Shown piece by piece: positions 25,043-37,104 of a stretch of DNA of 64,000 nt. The position numbers and the translations under genes are program-made. How positions within the stretch are numbered: position 1 is the first letter of the stretch; every line of letters begins with the position of its first letter. The notes under the pieces are model-generated. The model saw nothing but the letters and a program-made list of their open reading frames with translations, was not told the origin of the DNA and did not search any database. This DNA is from Octopus sinensis (taxonomy: Eukaryota): positions 35,712,001-35,776,000 of the forward strand of contig NC_043008.1 of NCBI RefSeq assembly GCF_006345805.1, written 5' to 3'.

Positions 25043-25715
25043 CTGGGAAGAGTGGATGAACAGAGGAACAAGAGGAGAGAAGTAATGAGTGGATCAGTAT
25101 TTTGGTGAGAGAGAGAGAGAGAGAAAGAGTTGGTAGACTACTGGTGTAGCGGACTTAGCAGACTGTGTGTGTGTAGTGTATGTTCTATGATGAATGATGA
25201 TGTAAATGGGATTGGCATAGATTTTTAGCTGTGTTCATGTCATTGGTAGCTGTTAAATTAAATGTACTGAGAATGAACACAGCTACAGAGAAACACATAC
25301 GCGTACAAATTTGCAACACATACACACACAAACAAACAGTCATGGATGCATATACAAGACACACATACAAATGTGCATAAACACACATATACAAATTTCT
25401 GATTACATATAAACACACCAAACATATAGACAAATATGTACTATACACAGACACAATTACACACAAAACTTATTTACAAAATGTGATAATATAAGCTCAA
25501 CAGAGATCTCTCTGGTATGCAACATATTGATAGACTAACTTTCAAACGCCATACACTGGTACAAATTAGTGGAAGCGTGTGACTTAGTGGTTAGGGTGCT
25601 GAACTCATGATTGTAAGATTGTAGTTTCAATTCCTGGACCGGGTGATGTGTTTTGTTCTTGAGCAAAACACCTCATTTCATGTTGCACCAGTCCACTCGG
25701 CTGGCAAAAATTAGT

Positions 25716-26125
25716 AACCCTACATCATTCATCGTTATTGTTCGACTGTGGTCGAGACAATGGAATTTACCACGCTACGCCAGACTTCACGGTCCATCAT
25801 AGCATTACGGAGGTCCTGTTGCTGGATGCCTGTATCCCTGGAGATTACATCAGGGTAGGAGAGTGTGCACCCTCTGGTATTGCGAGTAGATGGCTTCCAG
25901 AGGAGAAGAGTAGAAATTGCCTCGTTTTCAGCTCTACAACAATGTCCAGCAAACTGGACTCTCCGACCTTTCACAAGAGATGACACAGGTGGTAGTTTCC
26001 TATATATTTGCATTTTGGTCGGATGACGCTTCCATGAGAGATTTTGAGCTCTCATAAGGAGGCGAGTGTAGGTTCCATCCAACCGCCTCTCAAGCTTCTT
26101 TGATAATGTCCAATGGACACACATC
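25716..26125 (-). pseudogene. RTE-X/RTE LINE 3' end inserted inside a CORE-like SINE
   Basis: WTLSKKLERRLDGTYTRLLMRAQNLSWKRHPT...RRVQFAGHC...LLLWKP...DREVWRSVV*, short tail. SINE halves at 25570-25715 and 26126-26215. Confidence 0.85.
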
Positions 26126-26923
26126 CTATCCAGGTGGGGAATTAATATGACATGCAAACTGGGAAACTGGCCCTTGTGTGTCGGCATCATTCGAAAAGGG
26201 AATTAAACTAAATTAACTGGCACAAATTACAAATAAAATAGAGAATCAGGAAAACACACACACACATACATTAAGATGTGTGGATGAGTGATTAGGATGT
26301 TGCACTCATGATAAGCAGATAGTAGTTTCAATTCCCAGACTGGTGGTGCATTATATTCCTGAGCAAAACACTTCATTTCCTTTTGTTCCGCTCCACTCAG
26401 CTGTTAAATGGGGTCACCCTGCAATGAACTGGCATTTCATTTGAGGGGAATGTTAGCCTCCCCCACTTGCCAGTGGAATAGCATGATTCAAAAGTTACAA
26501 CAATGTGAGGAAGCTCACTGTGACCAGTGATGTATAACAACATCCAATAACCTGCTTGATACAGTGATACAACAATATATATATATATAGTTTACAGGTG
26601 TTCTCTATATAGAATACACTTCAAAGTGCTCAAGAGATTTGAACTTGAACCAGTAGATGATTAAATGTAATGAGAAGCAAGTTAGGTAAGTCAATTTATG
26701 CATGATATTAAATACAATAGCAAAAATGTACATGTGTATGGATATAAAATAGTTTGACTTACAGAATATAAATGATATGAGGAGTTAAATGGGTAGAGTT
26801 TTATGTGTTCAACAACTGTTTCTGGGGCCTTGGTGGTCCAGAATAATGATAGTTATTTGAATCCATTATCAGATAACACTGTCTCCATCTTGTGGGAAGA
26901 ATTTATATATATATATATATTTA

Positions 26924-27093
26924 TATGGATCAAAACAGGTTGATTCAAATTTGTTGGTACTCTTTAGTTTCAAGTGTGATGCTGGTCATCAGCCATTTTG
27001 AATTTGAATTTAAATTTAAAATGGCTAACGACTAGCATCACGCTTGAAACTCAAATGTACCAATGAATTTGAATCAAACAGTTTTGATCCATA
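26924..27093. mobile_element. Spacer-less palindromic (foldback) MITE-like element, 170 bp
   Basis: Two 85-bp arms with 13 differences by manual alignment. Centre between 27008 and 27009. Confidence 0.75.
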
Positions 27094-27460
27094 CATGTAA
27101 CTCCCAATAAATTAGTTGAGTGCCCTTCTTTCATTTGTTCACCTACTCATATATATATATATATATATATACACATTCGAGCGAGGTTGTTGCCAGTGCT
27201 GCGGGACTGGCTCCTGTGCAGGTGGCATGTAAAAAACACCATTTGAGTGTGGCCGTTGCCAGTACCGCCTGACTGGCCCTCGTGCCAGTGGCATGTAAAA
27301 GCATCCACTACACTCTCAGAGTGGTTGGCATTAGGAAGGGTATCCAGCTGTAGAAACTCTGCCAGGTCAAGATTGAAGCCTGGTGCAGCCATCTGGTTCA
27401 CCAGTCCTCAGTCAAATCATCCAACCCATGCTAGCATGGAAAGCGGACGTTAAACAATGA

Positions 27461-27498
<38 letters not shown>

Positions 27499-27873
27499 AA
27501 ACCATAAAGCCAGGTGGTATGAGAGGTGAATATATATTTATTTAACCATGTAACTTCCATAGGGTTATGGCCATTTCTCAAACTTCTTCATGTACCATTA
27601 ATTTCAGTATGGAAGAAATTATGCCTACATATTTGCATTAAAAAACATCAATTGATTGTTATATGGACAGATAGTGGAGCCCATAAGAGGAGCTTTACTA
27701 CTCATATAGGGGCAGGGTGAATGTTTTTATGTCAAGTTATATATAAATACAATTTCACATAAAACTGAAGAATTAAATGATAATTTTTAGCAGAATACAT
27801 ATTAAACTTTTACAGGGGAAGAGTTGACAGTTGACTGTCAAACCATTCTTTGTAAAAGTTTAATTCCAATATA

Positions 27874-28212
27874 TCTCTATATATATAAATGGCGAAATGT
27901 CTGTGTGTGTGTCCTTTATACAAATCCACAATTTTTCAGTTGGAGGGCTCGCACTTTCTATGGTCATTCAAAACCGTCCAAGGGTGGTCGTGCATATCTT
28001 TACATTTCCCCAGTCACCCCGCAAAGCCATTAAAAATCAATAGAAGTGACTTTTTGTGAATTTTCTAGCCAAAACCCAATTAAAATGCCCAAAACTTGAT
28101 ACGCCAATTGAATACCAGCTAGCTGTATGTGATTGGTCAGAGATTTAGACAGTACTCGCGTGTATGTGTGCACGCACACAGCTGTATATGTGTTGCTGGG
28201 TCATAGTGCTAG
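27874..28212 (+). mobile_element. Non-autonomous Helitron-like element
   Basis: A|TCTCTATATATATAAA 5' end, subterminal palindrome cacacagctgtatatgtg, CTAG|T 3' end, no TSD. Confidence 0.7.
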
Positions 28213-28254
28213 TATAGTATAATATAGAGAGAGATATACAGGTAAATAATTCTA

Positions 28255-28700
28255 CATCATGTGTACATTAGACTTTCAACAGAACATGTCTGTCTTAATT
28301 CTTTCCACCCTTTGCACATTTTCTGCATTCAATGCACATGTCTTTCTGCCATACAGCATCACACTTTGCACACACAAGCTGCATACAATCTGTCCTTCAT
28401 TCAGACAGACAAACTGCTTGATGCCAAGAGGTTTCCTCATAAAAATGACATCTTTTACAATCTCCAGATTGTCCAATCAAGGTAAAACTATTTTTCTCTA
28501 ATTAACAAATTTATAATTTCCTGTTTCAATTTTATAGTTACAATATTTGTATAACCCCAGGTATCAAAAATTAATTACTTCAAGTTTTAAAGTGATATTG
28601 TTTACATGTCCTAAATTACCTCCAACTCCTTGTTCGATGAATAAAGGACATCTCTGAGGCAGAGAAACATCATAGTAAAGGAACTTCTCAAATTTCTCTC
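28255..28700 (-). pseudogene. Old RTE LINE ORF fragment
   Basis: CVQSVMLYGRKTCALNAENVQRVERIKTDM, with upstream LDNLEIV and ..CPL..EQGVGGN resembling the Cys-insert region. Confidence 0.6.
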
Positions 28701-30374
28701 ACCATTAAATATGATGCAACAAACAAGCATTAAGAATAAAAAATGTATATTTTAATTAATAACATGGTTGGGGGACACAAAATTCATATCCTATTCTTTA
28801 TTTTAATTTTCTATTTTGTCATTCATTTTAAATGCTCATTTGAATGGAATGTTTGATTTCCTTTTAAAACACTTGCATTTTCAGTCAGATTTTTTCCCTA
28901 GGACTAATTAATGGAATCTGTTTCGTCAGCCAGACAGACTAAGAATGAGACAAACAAACAGAACTGTATTTATATTGCTCAGGAGACATGATACTGTCGC
29001 TATCTTAGAATGGTTTAAACTCATACCCAGGCATTCAGTAGATCCAGCAAGTAAAGCTTACAGTTACTGCATCTCATACATTCAGAATAAATAAGCAAGA
29101 ATTTAACACTCTACTATATTTAGGAAACATTTGGTGCTGGTGCCACTTAAAAAATACCCAGAACACCCTGTAAACAGATTGGTGCTAGGAAAGACATCCA
29201 GCCATAGAAACCAAGTCAAACCAGATAGTAGAGCTTAGTGCAGTTGTCTGGATCACCAGTTGCTGCCCAAACTGTCCAACCGATGCCAGCATAGAAAATA
29301 AAAATAAATAAAGCCACCCTTTTAAAGCCTAGCCAGGCTCATGGGCCTGGTTTCCCGGTTTCAATGGCATATGTGTTCCCTAGCTGGATGGGACGCCAGT
29401 TCATCGCAGCATTACTCAGTTTTGACAGCTGAGTGGACTGGAGCAATGTGAAATGAAGTGTTTTGCTCAAGAACACAACGCATCGCCCGGTCCAGGAATC
29501 GAAACCACAATCTTACGATCATGATGCTGACACCCTAACCACTAGGCCACGTGCCTCCACTGTCAACATAGAAAGCAGACATAAAATGATAGGGGGAGGT
29601 ATATACGCATTATATGAAGAGATTTTGCATTAATGATTTGCCAGATTAACTGGATAAATAACAATGGACTACTTAATTTATAAGATGACATATTTGTGTG
29701 AGAAATTTATTTAAACTGGAAGCACTTGTTTGTTTTGCCCAAATATTGTATCTGTCTATGTCTTGTGTGTGTCAATGCCATCTGCCTTGTGGTCATTGTG
29801 GCCTTCCCTGAATCCAATATCCATCAACACAAAGCCTTTATAGTTGGTACCTCAGTCATGTAACATTGCAGTCAAGCAATAGCAAACATTTGAACTGTTG
29901 GGTTACTTCCACACCTATGAAGGGGCTGCTGCTGCTGTTGTTGTTCCTGTTCCTGTTGTTGTTATTGCTGCTACTGCTGCTGCTGCTTTACATAAAAGAC
30001 ATCAGAGACTGCATCTAGAAAGTTGGTTACTCAACTAATTGGTAATGAATCATAATATTGCCCACCAACACATTCCAGTCTCAGTTTTTACGTCACTCTG
30101 ACATGTTTCCTCTCTTTACCTTTTTATTTTTTTCTGCTATTACAGTGGCTTCTGTTCCTTGGGAGTTAACTGGTCTTGTGCCAACTCCACATGAGCCCTA
30201 AAATAACCACTAAACCCAGTTCTTCTTCCCCAGAACTTTAACCATCTAGAATTCCCTCCCTACCTATATATTTCTTCTACAGCCACCAACTTACAAACAT
30301 TCAAGAGCAATACCAGTGCTGTTGGCCCCTTCAGTTTTGGAGGGCTTCTACAAAGATTTGTTAGTTCCTCAATT

Positions 30375-30890
30375 AATTAAGCCCATTGCACCCTATGGAG
30401 CATAAGCCATTGATGGTTTTTCTCCAGTCAACTCTGGTTTTGTCTTTTTTGCTCCTTTCCAATTAGATCATTGCTTTTCTCTCCCTGCCTCAATATCCCA
30501 CCCCCAGCTACTTTTAGGGCAGCTTAACCCTTTCACTCCCATTGTGTGTTGGAGGTCAGGACCTGATGTATAATTCTGGATGTTGGTTTCCTTAATGTGT
30601 GACCTTTCACATTTAAGTGTTCTGTGTCATGTTTCCCATAAAGGAAGGCCTTTCTTTTCTAAGTTTTGTTGGTTTTGAATTGTCATATATGCCTCTATAA
30701 CTTTGCTTTTTCTTTTTTCCTAAGGAGTTGTTGGCCTGATGCAAACCTGTTTTTACTTCTGAGAAGGGGTGGTCAATATCAGTTTGGCCCCTATCTTTTG
30801 ACTTGTGCAGCATGGAAGGCCCTACAAGGAGCTTGCTCTCCATCAGGTTCATGGAGGCATACAAGCCACCACATCACAACAAGGACTGGG
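30375..30890 (-). mobile_element. Internally deleted RTE-type LINE (5' UTR-like region joined to RT C-terminus)
   Basis: 3' part GHTLRKPTSRIIHQVLTSN...GLCSIGCNGLN*. The 5' part resembles recalled RTE 5' UTRs (ccttgttgtgatgtggtggcttgtatgcc...gtagggccttccatgctgcacaagtc). Confidence 0.55.
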
Positions 30891-31984
30891 CCCTGTGCTG
30901 GTGGATTTGTTAGATCAGTTCATGAAATACTTGTAATATTTTATTCCAAGGTGAAATTTCATCAAGATCAACTCTGTCTTTCATCCATCTGGAGCTATAT
31001 ATAACACTCCAGGATAGGAGATTAATGAATCTAGAAGACTGTCAGACCAGATACCTTGCAATGTTTGATCCAGATTTTTGTATTATAAGTTCAAATCCCA
31101 CCATGAGCTGTTTGAGAGATAGATTTAATTCATTACCCAGTTTAATTCCATCACCTGGTACCTTGGGTGCTTTTAACATTTCAGCATTCAAGATGGCCAG
31201 ATCCTGGCTAAATATTCTACCTGCTTTATGCTTAAACTGACCAGATCTTATGATATTGACTAAGATACTTTCAGAATGAAAATAGGTAGTCTAGTCAATA
31301 GGGTTTGGGACGAACAGTTGAAAATGGACACAACTGCAGTGTATCCCTGACACTATATTGTGGTCCATGACCAAGACATCTCTCAAAGAGATCGATCAAT
31401 TTGGCTGTAAATAGGAACCATAGAGTAGGAACAACAAACCATTCTAAACATTATCAGCAGCAACGTTATGTAACTGAGAGTTGGCTCATTAACCTTTTTA
31501 CTGCAGAAGGCAAATATATTCGCTCAAAATTTCATTACCCTTAACCGAAGGAAGCAATTTTATGGAGCAATCAATCGTTGGTTTAGGAATGTCATGTTTA
31601 AACTATTTTTGTTGAGATATGTCAAGTTTATTGCCACAACATGATTCACAGGAAATACCAATTCCATTTTTTTTTTTATGGTAGATATTTAACATCATTA
31701 CTGGAATAACCATGAAATTGAATTTCAGTTAATGGTAGAACCTTAGGGCACTGATTTCTCAACTCCATCTGTGGATCTGGAGAAGGCAACTAGTTTTTAT
31801 GTGACGGTGTTGTTGTTGTTGGTGGTGGTGGTGGTTGTGGTGCTGGTGCTGGTGCTGGTGGTGACAGTGGTGATGATGGTGTTGTTGCACAAACAGCAGG
31901 GTGGCAAAACTCAAATGATGTATATTTACTTCAGTGAAATGATTGTAACTATATTTAGCTATTTCAGTTATGTGACAGTATGTA

Positions 31985-33445
31985 TTGGGTCATTCCATAA
32001 ATAATGCAGTTTTTTCATACTTTTTTTTATTTTTCAAGATTAAGATAAACAAAGTTCTTTTTTAATCTAAAATATACTCTCCTTCATTTTCTACAATGCT
32101 CTTCCATCCATTTAGTAGACTTGCAAGGCCCCGCTTCCAAAATTCATTTACCTGTGATGGAAAATACTCGCCCTGTATTGTTCTGACCTCTCTTTTACTC
32201 GTTTACTTATTTCAGTCATTTGACTGTAGCCATGCTGGAGCACCGCCTTTAGTCGAGCAAATCAACCCTAGGACTTATTCTTTGGAAGCCTAGTACTTAT
32301 ACTATCATCTCTTTTGCTGAACTGCTAAGATATGGGGACGTAAACACACCAGCATCGATTGTCAAGCGATGTTGGGGGGACAAACACAGACACACAAACA
32401 TATACACACATACATATATATATACATATATACGATGGGCTTCTTTCAGTTTCCGTCTACCAAATCTACTCACAAGGCTTTGGTCAGCCCAAGGCTATAG
32501 TAGAAGACACTTACCCAAGGTGCCACGCAGTGATACTGAACCCGGAACCATGTGGCTGGTAAGCAAGCTGCTAACCACACAGCCACTCCTGCACCTACAG
32601 AAGTCATATTTTTTCCCTCCAAATGATTTTGAAGACTGTGGAATAAATGATAATCCGATGAAGCAATGTCTGGCGAATATAGTAGGTGGTGGGGGGCATC
32701 GTTTTCCATTCAAACTACTCCATCCTTTGGAATGTCATCCTCGCTGAATATGGCCGAGCCTTATCTTCATGGAAGAAAACCTTTCATCTTGAAACCAAAG
32801 ATGGTCATTTCTCTTCTAGCACAGTTGTCAATGAATGATTGAATGACCAAATCCAAGCTTCTCTAATAGTTCCTCAACAGTTATGATGGGATTTTGTTCC
32901 ACCAAGGTTTGCAGGATATCCTCATTGAGCTCTACAGATCTTCCAGGATGAGGTTCGTTTTCTAGGCTGTAGTTTCCGGCTCAGAATTGACACTGGCTTA
33001 TGCTTATTGTCCAATCCCTATCATCATCATCATTATCATCATTGTTTAACGTCCACTTTCCATGCTGGCATGGGTTGGACGGTTTGACTGAGGACTGGTG
33101 AGCCAGAGGCTGCACCAGGCTCCAATCTTGATCTGGCAGAGTTTCTACAGCTTGATGCTCTTCCTAACGCCAACCACTCCAAGAGTGTATATACTGCATT
33201 AAAATCCTTCATATTTTCCATTGCTTTGTAGCCTTTATTGAACTCATAAAGCAAACATGCCGAGTATGCTCTTTTGTCATTTCCATTAAAGCTTTGAAAA
33301 AATAATTGCTAAAATCGAACTGCACTTTTCAAAACTTGCACTAAGACCACGGTAAAATTACTACCTGCTTTTACAGCAAGTTGATCCCCCTCCAACTTTT
33401 ATTTCATGCAATTGAAAAAACTGCATTATTTATGGGATGACCCAA
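31985..33445 (-). mobile_element. mariner transposon, internally deleted, with a Meta-like SINE (32190-32592) and an RTE tail (33022-33190) inserted
   Basis: TIR ttgggtcattccataaataatgcag / ctgcattatttatgggatgacccaa with TA on both sides. LYEFNKG, HEDKARP and YSPDIASSDYHLFHSLQNHL motifs. Confidence 0.9.
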
Positions 33446-33466
33446 TATTACAATACATAGTGTCCT

Positions 33467-33599
<133 letters not shown>

Positions 33600-33640
33600 G
33601 GGAGGGGAGGGGAGGGGGTAAGAGGAGGAGGAGGATGTGC

Positions 33641-34454
33641 TGTCACAGCATGTTGCAGCATCCACTAGTTATTGGTGATTCTCTCCTGGCAGATGGATGA
33701 TACCTTTGCACGTCTCAGGTGACAACTCTCCAACCCATTGGTCCGTTTTGGGTAGTTGTTACCTGGTGAGGGTTTTTACAAGGTCAAAGTGCAAATCCTG
33801 CCTTAACCTGTTTAGGCACTGTTCATGACATGCAGAGGAAATGCTTGGGTCTATTCTGGTCCCCACACAGCACACTGTCATGTCATGTGATAGTGCCTAT
33901 TTCAGTCACGTGACTTCATATACTTTAATCACATGATACTAGTCACATGATAGCAAGCATGTTAGTCATGTGATAACAGCTATTTCAGTGACATGATTAT
34001 TGAGTCACATGACAGTAGCTAGGAGTAGGGATGTCGTAGAAGGCACAATTACAAAGGAAGAGTTTATTCATGGAGAGAGAGCAGATTAGAGATGTATTTG
34101 AAGGCACAACATTGAAGTGACAGAGATGCACAGCATATTTGCAGAGAGAGTAGGTTAGTGATGCTATAGGCACTAACTGGCACTATAGTCAAAGTGATAG
34201 AAAGGTACAGTTTACACATGGAGATAGTAGGTTAGCGATGTGATAGTCGAGCAGTTTAGTGATGCAATAGTAACAAACCAATCATGCGATCAATAAACCA
34301 ATCGGGACAATAGAAATGGCTAACTTAATTAACCGAAGCCACCGATATATTAATCAAGAGAACAAGTTGCATTGATAAATTATCTCAAAAATAGTAAGAT
34401 CAATAAATCAATATAGTTTTAATTCTCATAAAGTAGCATAAACACACTGTGACA
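33641..34454 (+). mobile_element. Candidate solo LTR
   Basis: Bounded by TGTCACAG...CTGTGACA. Internal order is E-box cluster, two CCAAT (34278, 34298), AT-rich TATA-like motif (about 34345), AATAAA (34402). No TSD found. Confidence 0.4.
33883..34012. promoter_or_regulatory. Homotypic cluster of TCAYRTGA E-boxes (M-box/CLEAR-like)
   Basis: Exact copies at 33883, 33906, 33929, 33943, 33966 and 34005, plus a one-mismatch copy at 33989. Function untested. Confidence 0.45.
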
Positions 34455-34512
34455 GGAAATGAATAAAAATTCTCAAGACTGAACTAAATTATTATTATTA
34501 TTATTACTACTA

Positions 34513-34553
<41 letters not shown>

Positions 34554-34633
34554 GATATTATTATTATTATCATTATTATAATCATCATTATTATCATTAT
34601 TATTATTATTATCATTTTTTATTATTATTATTA

Positions 34634-34682
<49 letters not shown>

Positions 34683-35078
34683 TATTATTATGCTTGCAAA
34701 TTAAGAAGAGGAAAAACAAGAAAAGAATATTGGACTAATCTTTCTTGAAGATGTCTTCAGCATCAGTGAGGTATCTCCAACATCACCATTATCATCATCA
34801 TCACCATCATCACTGTCATTATAATCATCCTCATATTTTTTTTTTTTTTTGTACTTTGATTTTTCCTTTCTTAGTTTTGTCTGTTTGGCTGCTTTTTGTT
34901 CTTATACTTTGTGGTTCCAGTTCTGTTTTGTTTTATTTTATTGCTCGTTCTGCAGACCAATCTCTAATCTCATCATAACCAGTTGGTTAAAAAAAAAGAC
35001 ATAAAAAAAAACTAAAAAAAAACTAAAAGAAAATAAGCAAACTTTCTGTCCCTGCAGTGATTACATCTATTGTTTCAG

Positions 35079-35180
35079 GTTTTTCCTTCTTCACATCAAA
35101 CTACACAAGTCTTGTATGTAAACAGAAATATTGAGTTCTTAGCGCCCGTGATGGTGGCGGGGAGAGAGAAGAAGGAAGGG
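35079..35180 (+). other. Candidate 102-nt exon
   Basis: ttgtttcag| acceptor, GGG|GTAAGT donor, only one frame open (VFPSSHQTTQVLYVNRNIEFLAPVMVAGREKKEG). No homology recognised. Confidence 0.25.
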
Positions 35181-35873
35181 GTAAGTATTTCATGGTAGAG
35201 GTGATGGCGGTGGTGCAAAATGGAATTCCAAAATCAAAAACAAAACAACAAAACAAAGAAAGGAAATAACTGGATATGTAAAAAAAAAACATAAAATTGA
35301 ATTAAATTAAATCAAATTAAATACAACAAATCACAAGATTGAAAAGATTAACTGAAAGGGATAGCATTAATGGAGGAAATATTGTTTGGGATTAAAATCA
35401 ATATGACAAACAGATTTGGAAGACATACCAAATAGAGGAAGCTGGAATTTTAAAGATTAAAATAATTAAGAAAAGATTACACACACACACATAAGGATAT
35501 ATATGTTTATATATATTTATATATGTTGATATATATATATATATGTGTGTGTGTTTATATATGTTGATATATGTGTGTGTGTATGTGTTTGTGTGTGTGT
35601 GAGAGAGTACAGCAGTCAACTAATGCGTTGTGGAGTTCATTCTTTAAGTAAATATCTTACTAACTAGCAACAATTATTTTCTTTTGTTTTACCTTTTCAT
35701 TCAATTTTGAAAGGTTAAATCCTATTAATTTGTTGTGGTCTTTCAATCAATCTGTTTCATAAATGTTTAGGGAGGAAGCTTAACATGAACAGAAAAAAAA
35801 TTAATCAAATTGCTAAATACTAAATTTGTTAACATAGCCTCAAACTCCACTTCCCCACCTCTTTCTCTCTTTT

Positions 35874-35909
<36 letters not shown>

Positions 35910-36789
35910 TCTCTCCCTCTTTCTCTAGCTCTCTCTCTCTGGAATTCTCACAGAGTTCAATCTACTGCCTTCCTGAACCTTTAATTCTGCTGGTAACATC
36001 ACTGACAGAAATATGGAAACAGATCAAGCAGAAAGCATTTCAAGCACAACAAAAACAGCAGCAAAAATACAACCCAAAATAACTATATTAGTAGAAAGCC
36101 AGAAGTTTTGTAAAGATGCAAGTAAACTTAGTTTGCAACCTAACGTATGACTGGTACTTATTTCATCCATCAACAGCAAAAGACAAAAATGAACTTAATA
36201 AGACTTGAACTCAGAGAACTGGAAGCAAATTCAAGAGGCATTCAGTGTGGAACTCAGTCAAATCTGACAACTTTTCTGTGACCCTTTAACTGTTAAATTG
36301 AAAGCCCAGGTTATTCCAGTAATAATGGTAAATATCTACCATAAAATAGAATCGGTATTTTCAGCAAGTCAAGTTGCCTCAGGTGTGGCTATGTAGTAAG
36401 AAGTTTGTTTCTCAACCACATGGTTCTGGGTTCTGACCTGCAGTGGGACACCTTGAGCAAGTGTCTTCTACTAGAGCCTCAAGCCAACCAAAGCCTTGTG
36501 AATGGATTTAGTAGATGGAAACTGAAAGAAGCCTGTCGTATGTGTGTCTGTGTGTCTTTGTGCCTGTGCTTGTCCCCACCACTGTCTGACAACTGGTGTT
36601 AGTTTGCTTACATCCCTGTAACTTAGCAGCTCAGCAAACAGACAGCTAGAAAAAATACCAGGCTTAGAAAGTGTAAATACTGTGGTTGATTCATTTAACT
36701 AAAATTCCTCAAGGTGGTGCCCCAGGTTGGCCACAGTCTAACGACTGAAACAAGTAAAATAAAAAGAAAAGGAAAAGATATTTTAACAG

Positions 36790-36861
36790 ATAATAGTTTC
36801 AAACAGGACATTTCTCAACAAAAGATAGATTGGTATAGAAAATTGCTTCCTGCAATTAAAG
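36790..36861 (+). other. Candidate 72-nt exon
   Basis: ttttaacag| acceptor (poor pyrimidine tract), AAG|GTAAGG donor, NSFKQDISQQKIDWYRKLLPAIK. Confidence 0.15.
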
Positions 36862-37104
36862 GTAAGGAAATTTTGAGTGGATATATCTGCTTTCCACAGT
36901 AAATGGGTCAGTTGCTTAATCAGAAAGTGAAAGGCAATTTTCCTTTTTTCTTTTTTTCTTTTTTCATTGCTGCCAAGACTCATAGAAGAAAGAGAGGAAC
37001 TTATCCTCAAACCAAAGTATTGACCCAAATACTTGCAACAGAACGAAATCTGCTAAATGCACCCAAAGACAAAGTGGAGACTATTGAATCCTTTATTGCT
37101 TAAA

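Noticed and set aside
25273-25285. TGAACACAGCT matches the first 11 nt of miR-317
   Set aside because: The rest differs, and it sits at the base of the stem rather than where a 3p product would start.
28610-28700. Minus-strand exon EKFLYYDVSLPQRCPLFIEQGVG with GAG|GTAATT donor
   Set aside because: Collinear with the adjacent decayed RTE fragment, and the acceptor is poor.
29900-29990. Poly-Q-like tract on the minus strand
   Set aside because: In-frame stops within the tract; simple repeat.
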